Source: a candidate division Zixibacteria bacterium RBG-1 (GTDB taxonomy: Bacteria; Zixibacteria; MSB-5A5; DSPP01; RBG-1). From it: a stretch of DNA of 64,000 nucleotides. Where the stretch lies: assembly GCA_000447245.1 (NCBI GenBank), contig AUYT01000001.1, positions 804,106-868,105 on the forward strand, read 5' to 3'. The notes beneath the pieces were generated by a model. That model saw only the letters and a list, made by a program, of their open reading frames with translations, made no database searches and was not told the origin of the DNA. The translations under genes were made by a program, and so were the position numbers. Below are positions 20,805 to 30,624 of this stretch, in pieces (position 1 is the first letter of the stretch; each line of letters opens with the position of its first letter).

Positions 20805-21341
20805 TCAGCCGGCTTTAAAGGCGGGGACATAACTTTCACGGGCGAAAATATTGACCGGGGACGAACCGATTCTTTGAGCAATTTCCTGGGATATTTTGTC
20901 TAAATCCTCTTTGGCAAAGCCTTCACAGGTGAACAAAATCTCCTGATTTTTATCAATCAGAAACAAAGTCGGCACGACCGTGATTCCATAGGCATAAGAG
21001 ATTTGATAATTATTCTGGTCCAACAAGAGAGGGAAACTGATTTTGTACTCTCTGGCAAACTGCAGGGTCTCGGCCTGGTTATTCTGCGAAATTCCCCAAA
21101 GGGTGAATCCTTTTCCGGCATAATTTTTATGTAATCTTTCTAAAAAGGGAAAAGTGAACTGGCAGGTGGGGCAGTTGATTTTGAAAAAAGCGATTAAAGT
21201 TAAATCGGTGCTTAGTTTTTCCTTTCCCGACATTGTCGGATCCGCCTTTGGCGGAAAAGAGTAAGTTTTACCATCTGTTCCGCTTAATTTAAAATCCGGG
21301 GCTTTGGTTCCTGTTTCTAAAAGCGCCATTTTCACCTCCAA
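20805..21341 (-). CDS. thioredoxin-fold redoxin (TlpA/AhpC-TSA-like)
   Basis: 178 aa; CxxC motif in FFKINCPTCQF. Confidence 0.65.
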   Translation of the reverse strand: MEVKMALLETGTKAPDFKLSGTDGKTYSFPPKADPTMSGKEKLSTDLTLIAFFKINCPTCQFTFPFLERLHKNYAGKGFTLWGISQNNQAETLQFAREYKISFPLLLDQNNYQISYAYGITVVPTLFLIDKNQEILFTCEGFAKEDLDKISQEIAQRIGSSPVNIFARESYVPAFKAG

Positions 21342-21384
21342 CGTTCAGTCAATATAAAAAATTTGTTATTTGTGTCAACTGTTT

Positions 21385-21440
21385 GGGTCGGGAGACCCAA
21401 ACCTACACACAATATCCGAGTAGGTCAAGGTCTCCTGACC
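21385..21440. repeat. palindromic hairpin repeat (GGGTCAGGAGACCC family)
   Basis: Two arms (GGGTCGGGAGACCCAAACCTAC / GTAGGTCAAGGTCTCCTGACC) forming a long inverted repeat; copies at 25795, 33932, 37241. Confidence 0.6.
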
Positions 21441-21447
21441 TTGACAT

Positions 21448-21771
21448 TTATTTTTTACGATGAAACAGATGCCGGATGGTTCGTACAATCAATTTTACAT
21501 CCCCCTTCAACCCTAATTCTTTGATTTGATTGATTATTTTTTGCTGGTCTAATTCATCTTTTTGGTAGATTACCTCAATTCTACGGTTGTCTGCATCCAC
21601 TCTGGCTTCTACTACTCCCGAAAGCCCTTCCAGGACTTTTTTGGTTCTATTAGCTCAGAAGCCGCAGGGAATGCCTATTACTTCCAAGGAAAGTTGGTTT
21701 AGATTGTTCTCCTTGGGTGTATCAGAGAGGGCCTTGATTTTTAATCTGGCGAATAGATTTTTCAGTTTCAA
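21448..21771 (-). CDS. HMA (heavy-metal-associated) domain protein with in-frame TGA at the second Cys of the CxxC motif; candidate selenoprotein or pseudogene
   Basis: Hand translation of the minus strand gives ...LEVIGIPCGF[TGA]ANRTKKVLEGLSGVVEARVDADNRRIEVIYQKDELDQQKIINQIKELGLKGDV..., matching the ferredoxin-like HMA fold across the TGA (plus-strand 21655-21657); start uncertain (TTG at 21771 or 21687). Confidence 0.45.
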
Positions 21772-21912
21772 TTTGATGGCTATTTATCTTATTTACGAAT
21801 TGAAACAGGAAATCCGTAACTTCCGGTTTTATATAATACCAAGCCCTAATCTAATTTCATTCACTCTACTCAAAAACCTTTCAACTTTCGGATAAATACT
21901 TCGTAGCATAAA

Positions 21913-22251
21913 TTGAAAATGAAATTTTACCCAAAAAGTATAGCTTTTTTTCAAGCCCTGGGCTTAGCCCTCTATGTGGGCCTGTTTGCCTTTCTGGCGA
22001 TTCATATCGTGCCCTGGTTTGAAAATAATCCAGCCACGCATCCGGCCTTAGGAATCATTCTTTTTCTATTGGCCTTCGTCATTTCAGCCGTCATTTCAGG
22101 GTCGATAATTCTGGGATATCCGATTTTTCTTTTCTTTGAGGGCAAGAGAAAGGATGCCTTAAAAATAGTCTTGTGGAGTGTGGTCTGGCTCCTGCTTTTA
22201 CTAGGGATTTTTGTGGTCATGGCCCTTCTTTCCTTACCCGCTAAGAGCTAG
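21913..22251 (+). CDS. hypothetical small membrane protein
   Basis: 112 aa with three predicted hydrophobic helices. Confidence 0.35.
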   Translation: MKMKFYPKSIAFFQALGLALYVGLFAFLAIHIVPWFENNPATHPALGIILFLLAFVISAVISGSIILGYPIFLFFEGKRKDALKIVLWSVVWLLLLLGIFVVMALLSLPAKS

Positions 22252-22319
22252 AGCTTTCCTTAGTGGTTCAGGCTTACTTTAGATCGAAATCTGTGGCTGG
22301 AATTTTTGGTCTGTTTGAT

Positions 22320-22352
22320 ATAAAAAAATTAGGTCGGGTGTTATCCCGACCT
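22320..22352 (-). terminator. putative rho-independent terminator
   Basis: Hairpin AGGTCGGG-TGTTAT-CCCGACCT (22331-22352) followed on the minus strand by a T-run, downstream of the minus-strand gene 22407..22946. Confidence 0.4.
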
Positions 22353-22406
22353 AACCTAACGGGGGAAAATAGCTCCTTTATATCTTTACCCTAGTTTCAA
22401 TTTTTT

Positions 22407-22946
22407 TTAAGGCGCAGTCTGAACTAAACCCGGACCGCTGAACTCAACCAGCCCGGTGCTTAATTTCTCTTCGGTGTCAAACCTAAGTACAACTTGGTCC
22501 TGGTGGTCCTTCCCTAAATCTTCGGCTTCAATCTCCAGCATCAATCCCACAAAATCGGCGGTATTGGAGACGATAATTTCCGCCATCAGTCTGATTTTGT
22601 CATTTACCTCAAAACCGGTAAGCTCAAATTCGCTGTAGAAGCTGGAATCGTCTGACTTTTGGATATGTCCGGAACCGAAACAGTTTTTCCCATTGGTTCT
22701 ATGACCTGTCACTGTCAGATAAATCGTGCCCATCTGCCCGTTGGTCAGCTGGTTGGACTCAATGGCCACATTGTTGACTTCGGCCCGTGTGGGCCCGCCC
22801 TGGGAATTGAAGATTCTGCTGGTAGAATCACATCCCAGAAGAGCAAAACTTAAAAGCAAAAGAATTCCAAATAATCCGAGGGTTTCGGCTTCGCCAATCC
22901 TGGCGGATTGGGCTTTTATCCTGTAGGGACAAATTGACTTCTGCAC
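22407..22946 (-). CDS. hypothetical lipoprotein
   Basis: 179 aa; hydrophobic leader ending in lipobox-like LLGC. Confidence 0.4.
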   Translation of the reverse strand: MQKSICPYRIKAQSARIGEAETLGLFGILLLLSFALLGCDSTSRIFNSQGGPTRAEVNNVAIESNQLTNGQMGTIYLTVTGHRTNGKNCFGSGHIQKSDDSSFYSEFELTGFEVNDKIRLMAEIIVSNTADFVGLMLEIEAEDLGKDHQDQVVLRFDTEEKLSTGLVEFSGPGLVQTAP

Positions 22947-23188
22947 AAATCTCCTGTCTCTGAGCTTTTTTTGTCCCCCGCTCGTTATAAATATAGCTTA
23001 AAGTCGATTTTTGTCAATATGCAAAATGGAGGCAATGGGCTGATTTTAGCGTAAAATCGGGCTTTTGAGACGGGTCTACGATAGAGTAATTATCTTATTG
23101 ACTTTTCTGGAGGTTTTGATTATATTTTGAACAGGGATGGGTCAGAGGGTTGCAAAAATAGACCCTTAAGGTAAATCCGGGGGGATTT

Positions 23189-25690
23189 ATGAGATGCTGT
23201 AATAGCTACAAATTAACCAGGTGGGTGGCTGTAAGTATACTAATCCTCACCTCCAGCTTTGTTCAAGCGAAATTAAAAAGCGACCAATCTAAATCAGTTC
23301 ATCAGTATCCACAAACTGCAGCCGACCCCCTGACTCAAACCAGGGTTCATAAAATCGGGAATATCTGGCTCTCGATTACGAACTTCGGCCAAATTGGAAG
23401 TGGAGGGAAAACCTATAAAGATGTATGCACCAACCAACCAGCCCCATCTTGTCAGTTTCCGGCTGGCTCGGGGATTGAATATCTTTACATAGGGGCTCTC
23501 TGGATAGGGGCAGTGATGAATGATACGGATACTTTGGTTGCGGTGGGGCATGATGGCTGGCAGAATGTGCAGGAATTTGGTCCTACGTCAACCGGGGCCA
23601 TAGTTTCGAGAACTATCCGACCTGATGGTTATCAACAAGATAACTGTTTTGTTCCCTATTCAGATTCGGCAAAGTCGGAACTGGATTATATTGCCGTGTA
23701 TTATGATACGGTAACAAGACAGGATATCCCCAGCATACCGGAAAGAGATAGACCACTAAATTTAGAGATTACCCAAAAAAGCTACAGCTGGAGTTATGAA
23801 TATGCCAATGATTTTGTACTGTTCGATTATTCAATAAAGAATATTGGGACCAATAAATTAACCAGTGTTTATATAGGATTTTATATTGATTTTGATATCT
23901 ATAATCAGAGTTTTGATGGAGGTGGTTATTTTGATGATATTGCCGGCTTTAAGTTTTCAGTGCCTTCACCCTATGATCCCCGTCTGGAAGATACAGTCAG
24001 CATTGCCTGGGGTGCGGATAATGATGGATTATCTGCTGCGCGAGTGGAAGGAGACGTTTTCCTAGACAATTTTAGCCCTACAGGAGTCCTGGGAACGAGA
24101 GTGCTTCGGTCACCAAATCCTGATTTAAAGCATTCTTTTAACTGGTGGGTTTCTAATGGAAATCCTCAGTTGGATTTTGGACCCTGGACCCAAGCCAATC
24201 TTGCCAGGCGCCCAAACTATTTCGTTCCTAATGGCCAATCCGGAACTCCGGAATCTGATCGGTCTAAATATTTCATCATGAGTAATAATGAATTTGATTA
24301 TGACCAATTGTTTGCTGCTTTACCAGAGATTTGGGAGCGACAGGGTTGGGTAAACCAGACCCAAATTTCACCCGACAATCTGGCAGATATTGCCGACGGT
24401 TTTGATAGCCGCTATCTGTTGTCTTTCGGTCCTTTCGACATTGATTCTGGTGAGGTTCTTCCGTTGACCATCGCTTTAGTGGCCGGAGAAGATTTTCATG
24501 TTAAGCCGACTGATTTTAATTCGTATAGTGCGACTGACAGTGCGGCGGTCTTTAATTTTTACAATAAGCTTGATTTTACCTCTTTAGCCGCCAATGCCCA
24601 TTGGGCTGCCTGTGTCTATGACAATCCGGGGTTTGATACTGACGGGGACGGTTATAGAGGGGAATTCCGAATAATTGCTGGTGATACAATCTATAAATGC
24701 GGGGACGGAGTTCCAGATTTTCAAGGTCCGCCTCCCCCACCTGCTCCCCAATTGAAATTTGAAACCTCCTACGGAACCGTAAAAATCAAATGGAATGGCA
24801 AAACGACTGAAAAGTTTTTTGACCAATTTACCAATCGAAGAGATTTTGAGGGTTACCGAATCTATGGCAGCTGGACTGGAATTTTGGGGGATTTTTTTCT
24901 TCTGGATTCATTTGACAAAATGAATTATAAGTTTTTCTACTGGGATAAAGGGAGAAAAAAATGGGTTTACAAGCTTACCGACTTAAGCCTGGACTCTCTT
25001 GTGACTTTGTTTAAGCCAGACGACCCTTGTGAGGGTGCAAGACCTTGCCCCTTGGAGAGCTTATCTTTTTGTTCTGACCCTGACACTTGTGACGACTGGG
25101 ATGTTGCCAGATGGAATTTATATCATCCTTATATCTATCAGGGAACCCAAATAGAAACTTTAAGGATTGCTCCCAATTTAATCATTACCAGGGGGGATTC
25201 GATTTATTTCGACAGGCAGGACTATAACAGAGGTCTATTACCAATCAAGACTTACAAAGACAGTATCTTGAATGGGAGCATTGGTTCAGATGATGACAGA
25301 TATTATGAGTATGAATATGTAATTGATAACTTGAATCCCAATGAGCCCCTTTATTTCGCAGTTACGACTTTTGATTTCGGAGATCCAATAACACGTTTGA
25401 CCCCTTTGGAAACCAGTGTTCTGGCTAATTCTAAATTAGTTTATCCCCGAGTTTGTCTGGCTAAACCGGGGGATGTTAATGAAGATGGGGAGGTTCTGTT
25501 ATCGGACGTGATAGCTATGATTAATATCCGTTTTACATGGTGGCCCCCTCGTCCCATTCATACCTGCAGAATGGACATGAATGGTGATGGGTGGGAACTA
25601 TTTGCAGATATAATCTATCTGGTTAATTACCTATTTAAAGGTGGCCCAAAGCCACAGGTTGTTGAAGAGTGTTGTTTGGTAGGTAATTGA
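23189..25690 (+). CDS. large secreted hypothetical protein with C-terminal dockerin-like tandem repeats
   Basis: 833 aa; signal peptide; C-terminus GDVNEDGEVLLSDVIAMIN...MDMNGDGWELFADIIYLVNYLFKGGPKP...CCLVGN resembles duplicated dockerin Ca-binding loops (DxNxDGxxxxxD). Confidence 0.55.
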   Translation: MRCCNSYKLTRWVAVSILILTSSFVQAKLKSDQSKSVHQYPQTAADPLTQTRVHKIGNIWLSITNFGQIGSGGKTYKDVCTNQPAPSCQFPAGSGIEYLYIGALWIGAVMNDTDTLVAVGHDGWQNVQEFGPTSTGAIVSRTIRPDGYQQDNCFVPYSDSAKSELDYIAVYYDTVTRQDIPSIPERDRPLNLEITQKSYSWSYEYANDFVLFDYSIKNIGTNKLTSVYIGFYIDFDIYNQSFDGGGYFDDIAGFKFSVPSPYDPRLEDTVSIAWGADNDGLSAARVEGDVFLDNFSPTGVLGTRVLRSPNPDLKHSFNWWVSNGNPQLDFGPWTQANLARRPNYFVPNGQSGTPESDRSKYFIMSNNEFDYDQLFAALPEIWERQGWVNQTQISPDNLADIADGFDSRYLLSFGPFDIDSGEVLPLTIALVAGEDFHVKPTDFNSYSATDSAAVFNFYNKLDFTSLAANAHWAACVYDNPGFDTDGDGYRGEFRIIAGDTIYKCGDGVPDFQGPPPPPAPQLKFETSYGTVKIKWNGKTTEKFFDQFTNRRDFEGYRIYGSWTGILGDFFLLDSFDKMNYKFFYWDKGRKKWVYKLTDLSLDSLVTLFKPDDPCEGARPCPLESLSFCSDPDTCDDWDVARWNLYHPYIYQGTQIETLRIAPNLIITRGDSIYFDRQDYNRGLLPIKTYKDSILNGSIGSDDDRYYEYEYVIDNLNPNEPLYFAVTTFDFGDPITRLTPLETSVLANSKLVYPRVCLAKPGDVNEDGEVLLSDVIAMINIRFTWWPPRPIHTCRMDMNGDGWELFADIIYLVNYLFKGGPKPQVVEECCLVGN

Positions 25691-25794
25691 ATCTCTGAAA
25701 GCTACCCTGTAACGTCCCGTTTTACACTTAACAGTATCCCGTAGGGACACGGGACGTACGCCCTATGTAAAATAGGGGGTTACAGATATATTTT

Positions 25795-25850
25795 GGGTCA
25801 GGAGACCCAAATCTACCCAGGAATCCAGGGTAGGTCGAGGTCTCCTGACC
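25795..25850. repeat. palindromic hairpin repeat (GGGTCAGGAGACCC family)
   Basis: GGGTCAGGAGACCCAAATCTACCC...GGGTAGGTCGAGGTCTCCTGACC; a further inverted-repeat region (ACGTCCCG / CGGGACGT) lies at 25700-25790. Confidence 0.6.
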
Positions 25851-25888
25851 TCGACTGAAGCAAAAATGAAATTCCCTGAACTTTCTAC

Positions 25889-25917
25889 TTGACAAATAAT
25901 TAGCCGATAATTAAATT
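25889..25917 (+). promoter_or_regulatory. putative sigma70-type promoter (TTGACA-17-TAAATT) of the Rrf2-suf operon
   Basis: Consensus -35 hexamer and 17-nt spacer, about 55 nt upstream of the Rrf2 start. Confidence 0.4.
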
Positions 25918-25970
25918 AGTTACAGGGAAACCTAACAAATCTGTCGGGTTTTCGTATATGTAGTGTAGAT

Positions 25971-26420
25971 ATGAGGATAACTAAACAAGAAGAGTATGGG
26001 TTGCGCTGTATTTTGCAGTTAGCCCAGAATGGGACTGACTCTAAAACTACGGTGGAAATAGCGGCTAAAGAGGGGCTGTCCATGGATTACGTGACCAAAC
26101 TCTTAATCTTGTTAAGAAGACATAAGATTGTGGAGTCGGTCCGGGGTGTTAAAGGCGGTTATCGACTGGCAAGAAATCCCGAGAAAATAACTGTCGGGCA
26201 GGTGATGCGGGCTTTGGGTTGGTCGGTTCTGGATGAATCTTTATGCCGACATTATCCGGGGAAACTGGATAGCTGCATCCATCTGCAGGGCTGTGGTATC
26301 AGACCAATCTGGATGAAAGCGGCTAAGATGATGTATAAGCTTTTGGATTCAACTACCTTGGCAGGATTGTTAAAAGAAGAAGGGGTTATCACGCAAGAAT
26401 TGGAAAGCAAAGAAGCATAG
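25971..26420 (+). CDS. Rrf2 family transcriptional regulator (IscR/SufR-like)
   Basis: 149 aa; N-terminal wHTH typical of Rrf2 (ITKQEEYGLRCILQLA, GVKGGYRLAR); first gene of the suf operon. Confidence 0.8.
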   Translation: MRITKQEEYGLRCILQLAQNGTDSKTTVEIAAKEGLSMDYVTKLLILLRRHKIVESVRGVKGGYRLARNPEKITVGQVMRALGWSVLDESLCRHYPGKLDSCIHLQGCGIRPIWMKAAKMMYKLLDSTTLAGLLKEEGVITQELESKEA

Positions 26421-26539
26421 TATATTTTTTGTTGCAATAGTGGACTTTTTTGTCAGGTTTCGTATAATGAAAGATAAAAAGTTTCAATAGGTTACACTAT
26501 CCCGTAGGGAAAAGTTAAATTAAGAAATAACGAGGAGAA

Positions 26540-27310
26540 ATGAGCAAGGAACCAATTCTAAAAATTGAAGACCTGCATGTGGCAGTTGAAGGAAAAGAGA
26601 TTTTAAAAGGGTTAAACTTAACCATAAACAAAGGGGAAGTGCATGCCTTAATGGGCCCAAATGGCTCCGGGAAATCCACTCTGGCCTATGTGCTAATGGG
26701 GCATCCGAAATATCAGGTTACATCTGGTAGGGTGTGGTATAAAGGAGAAGAGATATTAGCTCTAAAACCGAATGAGAGAGCCAAGAAAGGTTTATTTTTG
26801 GCGTTTCAGTATCCAACACCGATTCCGGGTGTGACGGTAATGAACTTTTTACGGGCGGCTTTGAAAGCAGTCCAAGGGAAAGAGATTCCAGCCAAAGATT
26901 TTTTGAAACTTTTAAAAGAGAAAATGAAATTTTTGGAAATTTCGGATCAGTTTTCTAACCGCTATATCAATGATGGTTTCTCCGGCGGGGAAAAGAAAAG
27001 GCATGAGATTTTGCAGATGGCGATTTTGGAGCCGGAGATGGCGATTTTAGATGAAACTGATTCAGGTTTGGATATTGATGCTTTGAAAACTGTGGCCAAA
27101 GGAGTCAATCGTTTAATCGGACCCAATCTGGGTATTTTATTGATCACTCATTATCAGAGAATGCTGAATTACATTAAACCGGATTTCGTGCATGTCTTAG
27201 TAGATGGAAAAATTGTCCAGTCCGGTGGAGATAAATTAGCTTTGAAATTAGAAGAGTTGGGGTATGATTGGACCGTGGAGAAAACAGAAACACTTTCAGT
27301 TGAGAAATGA
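26540..27310 (+). CDS. sufC: Fe-S cluster assembly ATPase SufC
   Basis: 256 aa; Walker [13 protein letters not shown] signature FSGGEKKR; ends with TGA stop. Confidence 0.9.
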   Translation: MSKEPILKIEDLHVAVEGKEILKGLNLTINKGEVHALMGPNGSGKSTLAYVLMGHPKYQVTSGRVWYKGEEILALKPNERAKKGLFLAFQYPTPIPGVTVMNFLRAALKAVQGKEIPAKDFLKLLKEKMKFLEISDQFSNRYINDGFSGGEKKRHEILQMAILEPEMAILDETDSGLDIDALKTVAKGVNRLIGPNLGILLITHYQRMLNYIKPDFVHVLVDGKIVQSGGDKLALKLEELGYDWTVEKTETLSVEK

Positions 27311-27345
27311 TTGTCTGGATATGGAGGAAATTAAATAAGGAGTGT

Positions 27346-27433
27346 TCCCTCTCCTTTAAGGAGAGGGTTAGGGAGAGGTCAGTAGTAAAATATAAAAACT
27401 GACCCCTCCTTTATCCTCCCCTCTAGGGGAGGA
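27346..27433. repeat. palindromic repeat unit (CCCTCTCC..GGAGAGGG family)
   Basis: CCCTCTCCTTTAAGGAGAGGG and TCCTCCCCTCTAGGGGAGGAG hairpins between sufC and sufB. Confidence 0.55.
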
Positions 27434-27467
27434 GATGAAAAATAAAATTAAGAAAGGAAGTAATTTT

Positions 27468-28883
27468 ATGGCAGAAAAAGAATTTACAGATGTTCAGGAC
27501 ATAGGCAAAGATTATAAATACGGATTCAAAGACCCGGAGAAACATGTTTTTAAATCCAAAAGGGGCTTAACTCGTGAAGTTGTAGAGGAAATCTCCTGGA
27601 TGAAAAAAGAACCGGAGTGGATGCGGAATTTCCGCTTAAGAGCGCTGGATATCTTTTTGAAAAAACCGATGCCTACTTGGGGAAGTCCGATTTTAGCCGA
27701 GATTGATTTCGACAACATTTTTTACTACATCAAACCCATGGAAAATCAGGGAAAATCTTGGGATGACGTTCCCGAAGATATCAAAAGGACCTATGAAAAA
27801 TTGGGGATTCCGGAAGCGGAAAGAAAATTTTTGGGCGGGGTGTCAGCTCAGTATGAATCGGAAGTGGTTTATCACAGCTTAAGAAAAGACTTGCAAGCCC
27901 AAGGAGTGATTTTCTTGGATATGGACTCAGGCTTGAGAGAATATCCAGATATTGTCAAAAAATATTTTGCAACTGTAATTCCAGCAGGTGATAACAAATT
28001 TTCGGCTTTAAATTCAGCGGTTTGGTCCGGGGGTTCATTTATCTATGTTCCAAAAGGAGTGGATGTCAAGATTCCTCTGCAGGCCTATTTCAGAATCAAT
28101 GCTGAAAATATGGGGCAGTTTGAGAGAACTTTGATTATTGCGGATGAAGGTTCATCGGTCCATTATATCGAAGGATGCACAGCACCAGTTTACTCCACCG
28201 ATTCATTGCATTCAGCGGTAGTGGAGCTGATTGCACTCAAAGGTTCAAAATTGCGATACACCACTATTCAGAACTGGTCTAAAAATGTTTACAACTTGGT
28301 CACCAAAAGAGGAATTGCTCACGAGGATGCCACGATTCGATGGGTGGATGGAAATTTAGGCAGCAAATTGACTATGAAATATCCTTCGGTTTATATGGTG
28401 GGTAAAGGTGCTTACGGTGAAGTTTTATCCATCGCTTTTGCCGGAAAAGGGCAGCATCAGGATGCCGGGGCTAAGATGGTGCACGTGGCGCCAGGTACTT
28501 CATCTACCATTGTTTCCAAATCTATTTCCAAAGATTCCGGCAGAACTTCTTATCGGGGTCTGGTTAAGGTTTACAAGGGTGCTACCGGGGTGAAATCTAA
28601 TGTCAGATGTGATGCTCTTTTGATGGATGAAGAGTCCCGTTCAGACACTTATCCTACAATGGAGATTGATGAAGAAAATGTCAATGTCGGTCACGAAGCC
28701 ACAGTTTCCAAAGTAGGGGAAGAGCAGCTGTTCTATCTAACTTCTAGAGGAATTTCAGAGCAGGAAGCAACTTTGATGATTGTGAATGGATTCATTGAGC
28801 CTTTTACCAAAGAGTTGCCTCTGGAATATGCGGTGGAGCTGAATCGTCTGATACAATTGGAGATGGAAGGTTCGGTAGGATAG
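27468..28883 (+). CDS. sufB: Fe-S cluster assembly protein SufB
   Basis: ORF 27435..28883; likely start at ATG 27468 (AAGGAAG RBS); strong SufB-family similarity throughout. Confidence 0.85.
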   Translation: MAEKEFTDVQDIGKDYKYGFKDPEKHVFKSKRGLTREVVEEISWMKKEPEWMRNFRLRALDIFLKKPMPTWGSPILAEIDFDNIFYYIKPMENQGKSWDDVPEDIKRTYEKLGIPEAERKFLGGVSAQYESEVVYHSLRKDLQAQGVIFLDMDSGLREYPDIVKKYFATVIPAGDNKFSALNSAVWSGGSFIYVPKGVDVKIPLQAYFRINAENMGQFERTLIIADEGSSVHYIEGCTAPVYSTDSLHSAVVELIALKGSKLRYTTIQNWSKNVYNLVTKRGIAHEDATIRWVDGNLGSKLTMKYPSVYMVGKGAYGEVLSIAFAGKGQHQDAGAKMVHVAPGTSSTIVSKSISKDSGRTSYRGLVKVYKGATGVKSNVRCDALLMDEESRSDTYPTMEIDEENVNVGHEATVSKVGEEQLFYLTSRGISEQEATLMIVNGFIEPFTKELPLEYAVELNRLIQLEMEGSVG

Positions 28884-28892
28884 TAGAATAAA

Positions 28893-30206
28893 ATGTTTGA
28901 ATTTGAAAAAAATTTCACCAAAGAAAAATTAGAGCTACTTTCCAAATCCAGAAATGAGCCGCAGTGGGTTTTAGAAAAAAGGAAAAAGGCATTTGATGCC
29001 TTTCAAGCTTTAAACTGGCCTACCAAGCAGGAAGAGGACTGGAGAAGGACTGATTTTTCTCCATTGGAGAAGTCAAATTTTGACTTGAACAGATTTTTAA
29101 ACTCCTCTAAATTCATTACCAATGGTTCGGCTTCGCTCACCACAAGCGGTCAACCGACTGCACAGTTCTCAGCGCAACTTTTACAGTCTGATTCAGAGTC
29201 TATTTTCTCCGGTGAAGCGGAGTTTAAGTCATCCAAAATAATTTTTACTGACTTAGATTCTGCTATTAAAAATCATTCTGAAATTCTTTCAAAATATTCT
29301 GATTTAATCAATCCCAATGATGGGAAATTTTTGGCTTTCAATAAAGCTTTCTGGAATAAGGGTATGCTTCTGTATGTTCCAAAAGGAGTGACGGTATCTC
29401 TGCCACTTTATCATCAGCTAAATCTGAAATCTTCCGGCTGGGGAGTTTTTCCTTACACTATAATTATTGCAGAGCCAAATAGTAAAATAATTTTGGTGGA
29501 TGATTACACCAGCCAAGAGCAAAAAGATTGGGCTTTCTCCGATGCTCTGACAGAAATTTATCTGCAGAGAGATGCTCAATTAATTTATGTCAACTCTCAA
29601 AGATGGTCTGGGAACGTTTATCATTTGTTGAGACAAAAAGCCAAATTAGAAGCTAATGCCCAGCTGATTACTTTGACAGTCAATTTAGGCAGTCAAAAAT
29701 CCCGTTCGGAAATTGAGACAGAATTGGCAGGTTCCGGCGCTTCTGCCTACATTTTCGGTTTGACAATTGGCAACGGGCAACAAACTTTTGAGCAACATAC
29801 TCTGCAGGATCACAAAGCACCCCATACCACCAGTGATTTGTTATTCAAAACAGCTTTGCTTGATTCGGCTTATGCGGTTTATTCCGGCCTAATCAAAGTG
29901 GAAAAACAAGCCCAAAAAACTGATGCCTATCAAGCCAATCGGAATTTACTTCTCTCGGACAAAGCCAAAGCCGATACTTTGCCGAAGTTGGAAATTTTGG
30001 CCAATGATGTCCGCTGTACGCACGGTGCCACAGTCGGTCCGATTGACCCGGAGCAGTTTTTTTATTTAATTTCCCGAGGAATTGAAGACAAGGTTGCCAA
30101 ACAACTTTTGATCGAAGGGTTTTTTGATGAAGTTCTGGGTCGCATAAAAGAAAATGGATTTAAAGATAAGATTAAAGAATTTTTGGAGGAAAAGATTGTT
30201 GAATAG
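28893..30206 (+). CDS. sufD: Fe-S cluster assembly protein SufD
   Basis: 437 aa; SufB/SufD-family beta-helix region; position between sufB and sufS. Confidence 0.8.
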   Translation: MFEFEKNFTKEKLELLSKSRNEPQWVLEKRKKAFDAFQALNWPTKQEEDWRRTDFSPLEKSNFDLNRFLNSSKFITNGSASLTTSGQPTAQFSAQLLQSDSESIFSGEAEFKSSKIIFTDLDSAIKNHSEILSKYSDLINPNDGKFLAFNKAFWNKGMLLYVPKGVTVSLPLYHQLNLKSSGWGVFPYTIIIAEPNSKIILVDDYTSQEQKDWAFSDALTEIYLQRDAQLIYVNSQRWSGNVYHLLRQKAKLEANAQLITLTVNLGSQKSRSEIETELAGSGASAYIFGLTIGNGQQTFEQHTLQDHKAPHTTSDLLFKTALLDSAYAVYSGLIKVEKQAQKTDAYQANRNLLLSDKAKADTLPKLEILANDVRCTHGATVGPIDPEQFFYLISRGIEDKVAKQLLIEGFFDEVLGRIKENGFKDKIKEFLEEKIVE

Positions 30207-30207
30207 T

Positions 30208-30300
30208 GTCATCCTGAATGAAAGTGAAGGATCTGATTTTTTCAAAAGAGAGATTCTTCGCTACAGTTTACCCTGAGCCTGTCGAAGGGCTCAGAATGAC
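30208..30300. mobile_element. MITE-like element (GTCATCCTGAA...CTCAGAATGAC)
   Basis: Begins 2 nt after the sufD stop and ends 11 nt before the Rieske gene start; same family as 20631-20720. Confidence 0.55.
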
Positions 30301-30311
30301 AAATAAAAATT

Positions 30312-30620
30312 ATGGAATACAAAGTGGCTGAAATTGGAGAAGTTACTCACGGAGGGATGAAAATCGCGAAGGCTGGGGAGAAAAATTTGATGTTATGCAA
30401 CGTGGCTGGGGAATATTATTGTGTGGATAATGTTTGCACCCATGATGGAGGAACTCTAAGTGAAGGTGAATTAATCGATGATGAAATTGAATGTCCCCGG
30501 CATGGGGCTCATTTTAATGTTAAAACTGGAGCCGTGATGACTCTACCTGCAATTTTCCCAATTGCTACGTATTCGGTGAAAGTGGAAGGGAAAGATATAA
30601 AAGTCATTATTAAAGAGTAA
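30312..30620 (+). CDS. Rieske [2Fe-2S] ferredoxin-like protein
   Basis: 102 aa; CTHDGGTLSEG (CxH) and CPRHGAHF (CxxH) Rieske ligands. Confidence 0.8.
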   Translation: MEYKVAEIGEVTHGGMKIAKAGEKNLMLCNVAGEYYCVDNVCTHDGGTLSEGELIDDEIECPRHGAHFNVKTGAVMTLPAIFPIATYSVKVEGKDIKVIIKE

Positions 30621-30624
30621 AAGT

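Noticed and set aside
21587-21895. Plus-strand 102-aa ORF from the six-frame track
   Set aside because: No recognisable motif or RBS; the opposite strand of the same DNA encodes a conserved HMA-fold sequence, so the minus-strand reading (with in-frame TGA) is preferred.
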